A DNA stretch of 64,000 bases from Podarcis erhardii (GCA_964252035.1 OZ176208.1); one strand, 5' to 3'. Numbered from the stretch's first letter, positions 39,757 through 53,664 are shown. Notes: generated by a model not told the origin, from the sequence alone. Numbers and translations are program-made.

Positions 39757-40117
39757 GGGACACGGGTGGCGCTGTGGTCTAAACCACAGAGCCTAGGGCT
39801 TGCTGATTAGAAGGTCCGCAATTCAAATCCCCACAACGGGGTGAGCTCCTGTTGTTCGGTCCCAGTTCCTGCCCACCCAGTAGTTCGAAAGCACGTCAAG
39901 TGCAAGTAGATAAATAGGTACCGCTCCAGTAGAAAGGTAAACGGTGTTTTCGTGCGCTGCTCTGGTTCGCCAGAAGAGGCTTAGTCATGCTGGCCACATG
40001 ACCTGGAAGCTGTCTGAGGACAAATGCCAGCTCCCTCGGCCAGTAAAGCGAGATGAGCGCCGCAACCCCAGAGTCGTCTGCGACTGGACCTAATGGTCAG
40101 GGGTACCTTTACCTTTT
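39757..40117 (+). mobile_element. Sauria SINE, full length
   Basis: Head GGGACACGGGTGGCGCTGTGGTCTAAACC; tail GGTCAGGGGTACCTTTACCTTTT. Confidence 0.92.
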
Positions 40118-40879
40118 TATGTGTGTACAGGATTGTAGCCTAAGGCATTTATAACTTTGAGGCTACTATCTAATGATGGCTTTCTTGGGACTGACTATTA
40201 TTTCTAAGTAAATATACATAAAATTACTTGTGAATTTAATAAATATGCCAAGTAGCATAATTTTATATGCCAAGTTAAAATGATGCATTTTATGCTGTTA
40301 AAGTAGTAAAAGAAATTTAAGTTTCATAAGAAACTAGCTATTGCATATATTTACATTTTCAGGGATGGGTGGGGGGGTGGGATGGAAATACTGAAATGTC
40401 CAACGGCTTTAAGAAGCTGTCTAGAGCAGAGACCTGTTCAATTTTTGTAAATAAAAGGTTAAACTTCCACACTATATTTAAGCAAAGTGCCTGATCCTGA
40501 CACTCTGATGTCCAAAATGGATAACTGTCAGAAAGCAGAGAATTGGGAATGAAGAAAGTACAGAAAATGGCAGTGCCACAAATACATAAAATGTTTATAT
40601 GCAAGATTATGCATCAAAATCACTAAAGGTATTCTCTGGGAGTTATTATTTATCTAGCTGCAACACAGAGTACATGGACCTTAACAGCATAAGGCAAACA
40701 GGTCTCTGCCCAGAAGACTTTTTAATCACAATTACATGTGAATAGGATAATAATAAGTAAATAATCACCACAACCGACTAGTTTACACACAAAATGTTCA
40801 CAGACAAAATACACAAAATTAAAGTAGGTCATTGCCATAGGAGGGGCAGCGGCATTATTTTGAATAATTCAAAACTTAC

Positions 40880-41021
40880 CACATAATCACAAAAAAGGAT
40901 GAGTGCCCCTCTTCGGACTATCTCTCGATTACACATACCAAGTTTGGATTCAGAATCTGCTTCAATGTCATCTCCATGTTTCTCAGGCCTAAACAATTTT
41001 GTAGTGGAAAGACTGTGCCTT
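40880..41021 (-). CDS. HTT: HTT exon 42 (142 nt)
   Basis: cccgcAG|A..GTG|GTaagt; [47 protein letters not shown]. Confidence 0.97.
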
Positions 41022-41821
41022 CTGCGGGGGGGGGGGGGAGGGAAAGGGAGAGAGAGGGGGGTAATATTTTTACTCCTAAATGGAGACTTTGATTTCCAGA
41101 AAACAACACAGTCAAACTTGATTCCAGTTTGAACAATAACCCTTCGTTATGCAGTTAATTTATCATTTTCTTCTAAAGGTGGACAAGTCTTCTATTATCT
41201 AAGCCCCTCTGTACAAGGTGAGAGGAAGAGAAGGGAGATGGCGGAGCTTTCCTAGACCCTCTTTTAGTAAATTGAGAAGAGTGGAGGCGGCGGGAGTCAC
41301 CAGACAAACATCTTCACTGACCCCCCCCCCTACCCCCAGACAAGAACCCAAGAGAAAGGGCTAACAAGTAAAATGGAATTAATAGGAGGAACAGGGGAAA
41401 ACAAAATGGCAGACAGGCAATAGCAACAAGAAAAATACACACAGATTAACAAGCAAGATCCCTTTAAAAATAAATAAATTACACACTACAGAACACCCAG
41501 ATAAGGACAATCAGGTAACAAAGAGTACAAGGAAAGAGACACACAGAGGGTGGAGCATCACTTTGAAGCAGGCAAAATCAGAAATTGAAGTTGCGTGCTG
41601 CTTGTAGTTGTGGGCTGATGCCAATTGTGTACTCTGTACTCTCTGACACCTTCCTGTCTTCCTCTCCAGCCAGAGGGCCAAGGGATAACAGATCCCTCTT
41701 CCTAGAGGTACAGTGATTACTAGCAGAGGTCTTCTGAAATTAGGCCAGGGGCAAGTGAAATCATACCATGGGCTGAAGCACAGCTGTCAACGTTTCCCAT
41801 TTTTAAAGGGAAATTCCCTTA

Positions 41822-42116
41822 CAGTGGTGCCTCGCAAGACGAAAAGAATCCATTCCGTGAGTCTCTTCGTCTAGCGGTTTTTCGTCTTGTGAAGCAAGCC
41901 CATTGACGGCTTAGCACTATTAGCGGTTCAGCGGCTTTTAGCGGCTTAGAAAAAGGGGGGGGAGGGGAAAAAAAACCGCAGGAACTCGCAAGACATTTTC
42001 GTCTTGCGAAGCAAGCCCATAGGAAATTTGTTTTGCGAAGCACCTCCAAAACGGAAAACCCTTTCGTCTAGCGGGTTTTCCGTCTTGCAAGGCGTTCGTC
42101 TTGCGGGGCACCACTG
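41822..42116. mobile_element. Tigger/pogo-like MITE, family A
   Basis: Same TIRs as 14227; TA TSD. Confidence 0.92.
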
Positions 42117-42336
42117 TATTCCGAACAGGATTCCTCGCAAGAAAAGGGAAAAGTTGATAGCTATGGGTTGAAGGTTGCCAACCCCTATTAAGGACTCTGC
42201 TTGAATGAACTATGGGCAATTTGTATTTATTAAATTTATGTACCACCCTTCATCTGAGAATCACAGGGCCATTTACAATATAAAGACACAAAAATGCTTA
42301 ACAAGATACTTCTACCACTATGAAAAATAGTCTTAC

Positions 42337-42544
42337 TTTGGAGTCTGATGTACTTCTGACCACCAGCTACAGTTAGTATAATTAACAAGTAGTAAGATTT
42401 GACACCACAGAAGGACTAAAGAAGGATGTGTAGGTATCATGGACTGAACGAGATCATTTAAGCTTTTAAGGGTGTAGAAATCACCATCTGACTCATCTCC
42501 TGTAAAGAGCTTAGTGGCTGCAGCTGTGATTCTTCTGAACATTC
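42337..42544 (-). CDS. HTT: HTT exon 41 (208 nt)
   Basis: tttAG|GA..CAAA|GTaaga; [20 protein letters not shown]...[11 protein letters not shown]. Confidence 0.97.
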
Positions 42545-43137
42545 CTAAAACAGTGAAAACGGTTTTTAAAAACCCAAACAAAATTAGAAATAGCACATTG
42601 TAACAGAGATCCATCTGACAACTCATGGTTTAGGCCACTAAAATATTTAATTCTTATCAATCTTAATTTTAAATATTTCTTAGTTAATGAAGTTTCTAAG
42701 TATCATGCTTCCAGAAAAAAAAACTTTCAAAAGTACTCCTAGGATCTTTTTTTGACTGATTTTTAGCAGTGCATTTCACTGAAATTAGTCATACCTTATC
42801 CTGGCAAAATGCAAAGCTCTCCAAATATCAACGAGTATTTTCTTCAAAACATGATCAGTGGAAAACAATGAGGCCCAGATACAGATACAAGACTACCCTT
42901 TGTTAAGGGACATGGCTGCATAATTGTGTGCCCCCCCCCCTTTCTGGCATAAACCTCTCCAAGGAGAACTCAGAGATTACCCTAAACTGAAACCTTCCTC
43001 AGCTGTGATACACACACTGCAGTTAGGCTTGAAAGAAGGCCCTTACTGGTACTAACAGGGATGCTGTGTATCAGAGGGCCCATTGGGTGACCAACCTATG
43101 GGTTGCAGAGTCCCCCACCCCAACAGCGCTAGTTCAT

Positions 43138-43269
43138 TTCATAGAATAACAGAATAAGGGGGGGTTGTCTAGTCCAACTTCCTGAAATGCAGGAATATTT
43201 TTCTCCAACGTGGGGCCTGAACTCAGGACCCTGAGATTAAGAGTCTCATTTTCTACCAACTAAGCTATC
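43138..43269 (-). mobile_element. tRNA-Lys-derived SINE
   Basis: Reverse complement of AGCTTAGTTGGTAGAAAATGAGACTCTTAATCTCAGGG..GGACTAGAC. Confidence 0.8.
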
Positions 43270-43410
43270 TCTCTCTCTCAATTTGACAGGTTTTGAACTC
43301 TAATTTTCTCAGGGGAACTACCTTAATCAAATAGTACCATTTAAAAAACAAGTTTTTTTAATTCAGGTACAACGGAAACAGAACTGTTCAATGGGATTCA
43401 TTCCAAAATA

Positions 43411-43628
43411 CAGTGGTACCTCCGGTTGTGAACAGGATCCATTCCGGAGGTCCAGCTGGATCCCTGGGTTTTCGCAACCCGAGGATCACTGTTCTGCGCA
43501 TGCATGCGGTGGTAGACTGCTTCTGCGCATGCGCGTGGGGCGAAACCCGGTCAAATACTTCTGGGTTTGCCGCTTTCGCAACCTGAAGTTTATGTTACCT
43601 GAAGGTAACGTAACCCGAGGTGCTACTG
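43411..43628. mobile_element. Tigger/pogo-like MITE, family C
   Basis: TA-CAGTGGTACCTCCGG..CCGAGGTGCTACTG-TA. Confidence 0.88.
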
Positions 43629-43650
43629 TAAATCCAAAGTAAAGCCATTA

Positions 43651-43873
43651 CAGTAGTACATCGGGTTACATATGCTTCAGGTTACAGACTCCGCTAACCC
43701 AGAAATAGTGCTTCAGGTTAAGAACTTTGCTTCAGGATGAGAACAGAAATCATGCTCTGGCGGCACAGCGGCAGCGGGAGGCCCCATTAGCTAAAGTGGT
43801 GCTTCAGGTTAACAGTTTCAGGTTAAGTATAGACCTCTGGAACGAATTAAGTACTCAACCCAAGGTACCACTG
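43651..43873. mobile_element. Tigger/pogo-like MITE, family B
   Basis: TA-CAGTAGTACATCGGG..CCAAGGTACCACTG-TA. Confidence 0.88.
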
Positions 43874-43928
43874 TATTTTAATGGCTGACACAATAATGTA
43901 AGACAACACATTATCTGAAGGTCAATAC

Positions 43929-44071
43929 CTGATTTGAAGGTATGAATTAAGCACATAAGCAATGTGCCCAACTCTTGGCAATAGAATGTGTGCTGCTGTT
44001 CATTCATATCCACGTTCAAGTGTTTGGTAGTGATATCTTCCAGGAGGATCCCCACTAACTGCAACAAGAAC
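43929..44071 (-). CDS. HTT: HTT exon 40 (143 nt)
   Basis: cctAG|G..CAG|GTattg; [48 protein letters not shown]. Confidence 0.97.
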
Positions 44072-44209
44072 CTAGGGAGAGGGAGTTTTACAGAGCATCA
44101 TGTAATTCCCCAAGTAACGAACAAAATAGGCTTAAGATCTATTTGTCAACACAGCCCTGGAGAGGAAAAAGAATCCCATAAGCTCACACACAAATGTATG
44201 GACACAATC

Positions 44210-44529
44210 CAGTGGTGCCTCGCAAGACGAAAAGAATCCGTTCCGCGATTCTCTTCGTCTAGCGGTTTTTTCGTCTTGCGAAGCAAGCCCATTGACGGCT
44301 TAGCGGATTAGTGCTATTAGCGGCTTAGCGGCTTTTAGCAGCTTATCGGCTTAGCGGATCAGCTGATAAGCGGCTTAGAAAAAGGGGGGGAAAGGAAAAA
44401 AAACTGCAGGAACCCGCAAGACATTTTCGTCTTGCAAAGCAAGCCCATAGGGAAATTCGTTTTGCGAAGCGCCTCCAAAATGGAAAACCCTTTCGTCTAG
44501 CGGATTTTCCGTCTTGCGGGGCACCACTG
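44210..44529. mobile_element. Tigger/pogo-like MITE, family A
   Basis: Same TIRs as 14227; left TA mutated to TC. Confidence 0.9.
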
Positions 44530-44680
44530 TAAATAAATAACTTATATTTGCCCGTAGTAAGATTTCATTGTTGGGTTACTATAAAATTCTAGGATGTCTC
44601 AGGTCTCCTTTTCTAATAAATACACACTTTATCCCAGTATGTATTATAAGGAAACTGTACAACAACAGAAAATGACTAAC

Positions 44681-44919
44681 CTAGAAAATGTCTCTTCAGG
44701 CAGATATTTATCTTGCTCTTCCAGAGTTTGTTCGTGAGTTGAGGTAAGAATGGTTTCACCATTTCGTAGTCTGTTAATTGTTTTGCATGAGATTAAATAT
44801 GGTGAGAAGGAGAGCTCTTGAATACGAGAAAGAACAATGTCTTCTGTCGACTGTGAAATCAAAACGCGAAGAATGGCAAGAATGCCAGATATCCATAATT
44901 GCACAGTGCTCACGGAGAC
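44681..44919 (-). CDS. HTT: HTT exon 39 (239 nt)
   Basis: ggtAG|GTC..TAG|GTtagt; [45 protein letters not shown]...LPEETFSR. Confidence 0.96.
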
Positions 44920-45242
44920 CTACCAATGAGAGAAAAAACCCAAAAGAAGGAAAGCGATGAAGGAAGACGACAACACCAGGGCCTGCCCAAATTGAACTGC
45001 CTCCCTTCCCCTCCAAGGGCCAACTTTACATTATTTTTATTTATTTTAGTATTTTTAAATTGTAAACTGCCTTGGCAGAAAGGTAGTATATAAATGCAAT
45101 CAATCAACAAATTGTACGTAAAGTTGAAAATACTGATGGGGGCAGGAGTTTATGATTCCTCCTCCCATTATTTTTTTACCAGATTGCTTTAGCTTTCTGT
45201 GATTTTCCACTCACATCTTGCCAAGTAAAAAAAGATGCTTAC

Positions 45243-45365
45243 CAATGTACTGGGCGTCACAAACATACTCCTTAAAAGCATGTCCACTGGTCGGAGGGCT
45301 GATGGTGCCAGTATTTCAAATAAAGTGTTCAATACCCCCAGAGCTTCGTGAGAATCTATATGCAT
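45243..45365 (-). CDS. HTT: HTT exon 38 (123 nt)
   Basis: aatAG|ATG..TTG|GTaagc; [41 protein letters not shown]. Confidence 0.97.
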
Positions 45366-46832
45366 CTATTTAAAAAAACAAACATAAATTCCATTTTTTG
45401 TCACCACCAACATTATTATGTTTGTTTTTAATGATAGTTCCCCCCATTTTTAGCTTTTTTCTAATAATGATGATGATAATAATAATGTCAAAAAATCTAC
45501 GAAGTCAGTTAAATAACAAGTCCATTTCTAACACAAATCTCAGCATGGCATTGAAGCATTCCATGAATGTACATTCAACTTTTTCACAAAGAAATATAAA
45601 GAGCTGGGAGCATCAGAAAGGCAGGCCTATGATGCATACAATCGTGATATGAAATTTACCTGACTTTATGAAGTTACTGATTTACACTTGCCACATACAG
45701 GCAGCAACCATGTGGCACACATCCCAACTGATGCACGACTGCTGACATGTGGGCCCCTTTTGGCGGAAGGGGCTTATGCGGGACCGCTGACACAAACAAT
45801 GACCCAGAACACAACCCCCGAGTAAAGGGGGAGTTCCCTGTATTTAAACATTTCACACATTTGGAATTTTGAAGCCTTGTGGGTTTCTTGTAAACAATAT
45901 TCAGAGTAGACTCACTGAAATCAGTGAACTTAAAGAGTTAGACATGACACTGATTTCAATGGGACTGCTCTGAGTTTGACTTAGTTGGATAACACCCCCT
46001 ATATATCTAAAAGTCCTGTATGCCCTGGCTCTTGCTCAAAACACGACAACAGGGGCTCCTACTTGAAAGTAAGGAAGATATATTTATTGAAGTACAGACT
46101 CGATGACAAGGCTAAAGTAGCCTCAAACCTCTGACTGGGTAATGGGAACTGGTGACGCTCACCAGGCTAGAAGCTGCCGGCAAAGTTCAAGGAATTCAAG
46201 ATCAAAGCAAGAAAAGTTCAAAAGCATAAGGAAGCTTTGCTCAATGAGTTCTCACAGTCACCAGCAAAGCTTTTAAAGGCATGGCAGGGCAAGCTTATGC
46301 ACAAGCCTCCCACGGCTTATTGGAATGCCAAACTTGCAGACATGCGCTGTGTTGGAGAGTGCGAGTCTGCTCCCACATGTGGAGCCACAGCTGCATCTTG
46401 AGCAACAAGCCTGCGCCCACCCCATCTGACCCCAGGGGGACACCCATCACAGGAGAGATTGGGTGGCTGGAACTGCCACTTCCCCATCAAAAACTGCCAG
46501 ATTGCCAGCCCACAAATGGGCACAAGCCTGACATCAACAAAGACAATACATAAAAACCAGCAGAGAGATATTTCATGATCCCAGGGTTATTTATTTATTT
46601 ATTTGAACTTAATCTATTAATTGACCTTAAGGTGGCTATCCTGGAACAAAGAAACTTCAAAAGGAGACTGCAGTAAAAACTGCTGGATTTTAATTCATCA
46701 TAAGAAATTGGTTAAGTCTTTAAGATGCTACAAGTTTGCCTGTTGTTTTAGTTGCAGCACACTTAACAGGCGCACTGGAAGTTGAAACACCACATATTGC
46801 AAACAAACCGTGGAACATATAAATATATATTA

Positions 46833-47012
<180 letters not shown>

Positions 47013-47819
47013 TTATATCATTAGAAAACTATTCATTTCAGTTCTCTTTGCCTGCTTGTCTGACAGAAATGTTCTAGCATTTCCCATATTCTTTTCTCCC
47101 CAAGATGCAATATAAATTTCTTCAGGTCATTACACAGAGTGTTTCTGTGTCAGCCTCAGCCAACACATAGCAAAAAGAGAGAGAAATAGAAAGGGAGAAC
47201 CCAACCCATGGCTGCTTTTTTCATAGTGGTCCCCATGTTTCCCATAATGCATTGCAATGTATAAGGCAGCTCCCACTTGTGTGCACTCAAGTCACACATG
47301 GTGCCAATCAATCAATAAACAAAAACACAAATAAGTAACAAAAATATAAACAAACCTAAAAATATAAATATATATAAACAAAAGTAAACAAATATATAAA
47401 GAAACAAAATATATAAAGAAACAAAATATAAAATAAACAAATAAATAAACAATATTATAAACAAACAAACAAAAAAATACAAACAAGCACTACTCAAGCA
47501 TTCAGTGACTATAATTAATTTTGATATTTTAATACTGATCCTCTTTCAGTAGTTTGCATTAAATATGAAATATTATGATATTTTATTCAAATTGTTTTTT
47601 ATTGATGTTATTGATTCTTAAGTTACCTTGAAACCCTTACGAGCAAGAGGCAGATAAAAGTATTTCAAACGAAGAAGAAAAAATATAGAAACATATTAGA
47701 ATTTTTTCCCTACAGAAAAAACATACAAGGTACTGGAAGACTGTCACAGAAAGGAACGTAACATGGAATTCAAGACCTTCAACCCAAACTATTCTAAACA
47801 AAAATGGACATAGTAATTA

Positions 47820-48002
<183 letters not shown>

Positions 48003-48508
48003 TTAAAATGTAACAGAACTAAAACATATAAACTCTTAACTATAGACATTCTGCTGTCAAACCTTAGGACTAACGTATCTTTAATGTGTGTTTTTTAATG
48101 ACATTTGTATTTTAAGGCCAGGAGTAAGGGGAAGGCTTCAGAAGCCAAGCCTTTTATCTCTGCTTAGTGCAAGAAACAAAAGCTTACGGTTAAGATGATC
48201 TAGCTCTTGTAAATAAAGAATAACCACACACCCAGATGGCAAAGAACCTAGCTAACACAGTTACAGTGACAAAAATATTCTTCCCAATAGAAGAGTATTT
48301 CTTGAATAGGTCAACAACTGGTAGTGAAAAGTTTCTTGCATAAAGCCCCTTATTGAAAGGAGGAAAAGGCAGGATGCAAAGAAAGCACATAAACGCTCCT
48401 GCAAATTTTTATAATGATTGGAATAATTCTCAAATCCAGTGCCACAAAACCCTTACAACTTTTTAGCACTTGATGTACCGAACATTAGTTTTGCAACTTT
48501 ACTCTTTA

Positions 48509-48691
<183 letters not shown>

Positions 48692-49158
48692 TTAAGAGAC
48701 TTCTGAAACTTCCAGAAGAAGGAGGACCACTCCGTTTTGGAGGCTCAAAGAGCTGAGAACTAGATTCAGCTAATGACAAAAGAATCTTAAGACTAATAAC
48801 TCTATAATTTAAATATTCCTAAATGCAGAGCAGTGAGAGAAGATCATCCCTGTGATCTAATTTCTTTCTTGGTTGTGGGAGGATGACATCCCATTTTAAA
48901 AAACGAAAAAGACAACCACTGTTTTTGTGTCCTTTTGATGCCATTTTCCTCTCCCATTGCATGATCTCAGCCAATTATGGATCACACATTGCGATGACAT
49001 AATGATGCTACATACCCAGATCTGATGACATGTCAGCACCACTGAAAGCAAATTAAGTGGCATTACCCTTACTTGGATGGGGAGGGGATCTGTGCCCATG
49101 CTCCCCATTTAGTGACACAACTGCTATGGTGCAGAAAGGGGGGAGGTCTTGGCAATAG

Positions 49159-49309
49159 TAATAATAATAATAATTTATTATTTATACCCCGCCCACCTGG
49201 CTGGACTTCCCCAGCCACTCTGGGCGGCTTCCAACAGAACATTAAAATACAATAACCTATTAAACATTAAAAGCTTCCCTAAACAGGGCTGCCTTCTGAT
49301 GTCTTCTAA
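49159..49309 (-). mobile_element. L2-clade LINE 3' fragment
   Basis: Reverse complement of the family at 6150 and 54152, with (ATT)n tail. Confidence 0.8.
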
Positions 49310-49406
49310 CAGGGATGTAATTTCCCATCTATCATTTAAAAATTGGACCTGCATTCAAATTTTTATACATATAATTCCGCAGGCCTGTATGAGACTTGAT
49401 TTATAC

Positions 49407-49462
49407 CTGAACTGTCCCACTTCAATGTATTCAAACTGCTTTAGCACAAATCCAATGAAAAC
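49407..49462 (-). CDS. HTT: HTT exon 34 (56 nt)
   Basis: tgcAG|GTT..CAG|GTataa; VFIGFVLKQFEYIEVGQFR. Confidence 0.97.
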
Positions 49463-50399
49463 CTGCAAACAAACAAAAAAAATCTGCATTAATTTATGCC
49501 CCACCAAAATGTGCATTGATCAGGCTTTTTAAAACAACCACTTGCTGTTCATATGACTCCACATACTGTACATATTATTGCACAAATACAATTTACATGG
49601 GGCTCATTCCTAGCGCGCGCGCCCCATCAGACTCGTGTGGCAGTAGTTGCACATTTTTTGGATGTGTGCAAAATGGTCACCGCCTGTATGCTAAAAAGAA
49701 AACGAACAATTCTTGTAGCGACCAATATTCCAGTTGCCAAATGTGTTAAAAAAATTACTATAAAGCTCCCTTTTCCTGCCAATGCCGTGGTCAGTTTCTC
49801 TGCACATCCTCATGGTATGAAGACATGGTTTCCTAGTCCAGAATTGGCCATGAAACAGTTTCCTCCATTAGAAGTATACAAGGTCAGGAGTGGGGGTGGG
49901 AAGGGAGAACGTAACCACAATCAAAGAAACCTGAGAAAACTAAGAACGAGCAATTGAAGTGGTAGGAACACGGCACCCCTGTTTGACCCTGCCTACCCCT
50001 TCCACACATGTGCCTATGATAACAGAGCAGCCAAAACACTTCTCAGGGAAGGAGTAAGTAGGAAGGCAAATATTTCCCACTATTTCCAGGAGTACACAGG
50101 CCATTTTCTACATCCTGCAGGATCCTGAAGTTATTCAATGAATATGGCTTTGAGTAAAAGCTTTTGGTATATCCAAAAGCACAGTCCGCAGCAATGCTTT
50201 ATTTCAAAGGAGGTGAAGTGGCAGTCAGCCAAACCAAGAACGACAGTAAATTATTAGGTTTTAGAAAATAAGGACATGATTTTTTTCTTTAACACAAATT
50301 ACATCTTCTCCACTGAAGTCATAAATCAAGCTTATTTGTCTATAATCATACATTATGTCAATATGAGGAAGAACACAAATGGCCACTCCTCTTTAATCA

Positions 50400-50591
<192 letters not shown>

Positions 50592-51239
50592 CTACGAAAA
50601 GGGGGAAATGCAGGAATTAAATTGGATTCCAGTGTGAAAATATTGCATTTAATTGTCAACCTAAAGTGACAAAAGGTTTCCTGTCATGATCACAATAATT
50701 CCAATAAATCTGTTTTGAGAAAAGCTGGCACAGGGTTTAGAAACACTTAGGTCAAACTAGAAACACTTTTAGAAACACTTAGGTCAAACTAGAATGGAAA
50801 ATGTCAACCTCATTTCTTTATAGGCAAGTCTTCCATGATTTTTGAATAAAGCAGGGACTGCTGTGGTTCACGGGTTTGCAATGCAAAATATTCCCCCCTC
50901 AACTGAGCTCCCAAAATGAAAGTGAGCCCTTCTTGGGGTGGGAGGGGGGGGAGGTAAAGCATTCTGTGCCTGTGGCAAAGGAAACCACAGAAAACTGAAG
51001 GTTTATCTCCTCTGATCTACATGCCTCTGTATCAGTGAATGGGGCAGACGGGCATTTAAAGAGAAAGGTCTGCTGCTGTCACAGAAAATGTCTGTCTTTA
51101 TACTTGCATTTATGTAACTAATTCTGTTCCTTTCAGCTAAAACATGATAAAAATCCATGTAACAGTGACAACAAAAACCAATACCATAATGAATAAAATG
51201 CAACTAGCAGCAGTTTTAGAAATGTATTTCTGCTCGTAC

Positions 51240-51318
51240 CTTGTCAGCACGATTCTTCACTGCACTTGACATGCCAGCTTTTAGCTGGGTAGAAACTTTT
51301 TGCAATATATCAAACCAC
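51240..51318 (-). CDS. HTT: HTT exon 32 (79 nt)
   Basis: tatAG|G..AAG|GTacga; [26 protein letters not shown]. Confidence 0.96.
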
Positions 51319-51430
51319 CTATAGAAAACAAAAATTAATACTTATCATTAGTGCACGTTTATTTTAGAATATCTATATTGTTGCAGAGAGTAGTGAAAAC
51401 CACCCTGTGATCTTTGGAGGAAGGTAGGTA

Positions 51431-51431
<1 letters not shown>

Positions 51432-51476
<45 letters not shown>

Positions 51477-51483
51477 AATAATA
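51432..51483. repeat. (ATT)n/(AAT)n microsatellite
   Basis: Direct read. Confidence 0.9.
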
Positions 51484-52245
51484 ATCTGATCTAATTTCAA
51501 GAAGGCCTGTGGTTAGGCTGCAGTGGTTTATAGTGCAACACAAGAGGAGCACCACAAGTGCAGTAAATACACAAATAATTTAACAGGTGACCTGCTTGGG
51601 CTTGGCTTCTGAATCCTTCCTCCTGCTCCTGGCCTTAAAATATCAGCTTTATCTATGGGTGTCATAAAAAAATGAATTTCTGTTTTCAGAGGGCTCCAAG
51701 CTGGTGTGGTCTAGTTACAGCTTTAAAAAGTAAATCTGAACTCCTGTTGCTGAATCTATGAACCCATGGAAAGAAGAGTAGAGACTGCGTCCTCAGAAAC
51801 TTGGCAGCGCAGCACATGTGTGAGCTTCCTTGCATGCCCACGTGTTGGCTAATGTGAATGGCTTTAACTTCCTGGGCTGCAAGACTTCTGAACTTAGGCA
51901 AGCCCAAGAGGCCTGGTGGTTTAGGCCACAGTGCCACTGACGTCCCTTACATGGCAGTAAGTCCTACTGAAGAGGTCGTACTTCTGAGTAGGTAACTACA
52001 AGACTGCACTGTAACAGTCATCCTATTCACAATTATCTGGAAGTGAGCTCCACTGAACACAGGGGCACTTATTCTTTAGTACGCATGCATAGGACTGCAG
52101 TAAAATGTGTATTATATCCTGCTTCTCTTCATCTATGCATTACAAGGGCTCTGTGTGTGTGTGTGTGTATGTGTGTAGATAGATAGATAGATATAATGTA
52201 AATAAAGGAATATGATTGAAATAAAAGGATAAAAGTTACTCTTAC

Positions 52246-52469
52246 CCAGAAGTATCATGTTCTTGTTCAGCCTGCATCATATTCCTTAAGCTCGCGTCCG
52301 CAAGTGCCTGTGTAAAATGTGTGTAAGGAGCCATGAAGCAATAATGATAAAGACCCGGCCTCAAGTTTGAAGAGCCTAGGCGCTGGGCTTTGCCTTGGGA
52401 TCTGCTAGGATTTGAAGACAAGCAATCGTATTGTGATGCCAAGTTGGTGCCAAACAATGTCTTTAGCAA
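52246..52469 (-). CDS. HTT: HTT exon 31 (224 nt)
   Basis: cctAG|TTG..TGG|GTaaga; [15 protein letters not shown]...[10 protein letters not shown]. Confidence 0.97.
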
Positions 52470-52502
52470 CTAGGGGGAAATGGGAAAAGAAGTCTGAAAT
52501 TA

Positions 52503-52637
<135 letters not shown>

Positions 52638-53664
52638 CTATAAACAGAGAAATTTCAAAAAGTTGCAGTTTAGCCAGACTTTATTTATAAAGATACTGCT
52701 ACACACACACACATATCACATGATGTGAGGAGCTTGTTATTGTCACATCAATTTTTATTATATTGAACTATTAAATTAAGGAACAGGAGGGGAACAAAAA
52801 CAAAGAATAAATATTGTTATCAATGATAATAGTGACAAAGCTCCCAGAGTATTTCTTTACATATAAAGTAATTGCAAGTATCAATCAAACCTTTATTGCA
52901 TTAGCATACAGCCATAGCAGGATAAAACAAAAAATGCTAGAGACAAACAACCAAACAAAATTCAAAGCGATATTACTGGGGTTATGACATTTAAATTACC
53001 CTAAGACAATAATGTAAAGATTTAGTTGCCAGCGCCGGGAATCTAGAATGCGAATGTATATAAAGCATATAATGGCCCCAAAATAGGCTCGGCACATTAG
53101 GTTAAAAAGGTAATAAAAGAATTAAAACAGGTCCAGGTCTAGGACACACTACCCAGTCAGAGTAGCCCTGAGTTTCAGGGCCTGCACTATAAAGATTGCC
53201 ACCCCACGTGTAACTTGGGGATTTGCGTCCACAAGAAGCGATTTCAAACAGTCTTCCTTAGATGTGATGGTGGACAGGATCAAGAGGAGGAGCTTAGTTC
53301 TTATTAGCTCATAAATAGGGCAGTAGAAAAAGAAATGTATGAAGTCCTCTACTTCATTCATTATAAAGTAATTGTAATTCTGTAATGTTACCTCAGCAAG
53401 TAGATCAGTGAAAACACTTGTAAATAGTCCTTCAAAATTGTGTATATTAAACATTTGATTGTGATGGCATATACTGAGTGAAGCATACCTAAAATCTAAG
53501 GGTATCTGTAAGGACAGTGGTAGAATATCTGCTTTGTATATAGAAGGGGCCCTAGTCTATCCCCTGGTAGGGGATAGGAGAAACCCCTGTCTGAAATCCT
53601 GGAGTCACTAGTCACTGCAGACAGTACTGAGGTAGACAGATCAATGGTGTGACTCAATATAAAG

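Noticed and set aside
41230-41600. Possible L1 5' UTR/ORF1 start remnant (AGATGGCG, AAAATGGC)
   Set aside because: No open frame, TSD or tail found.
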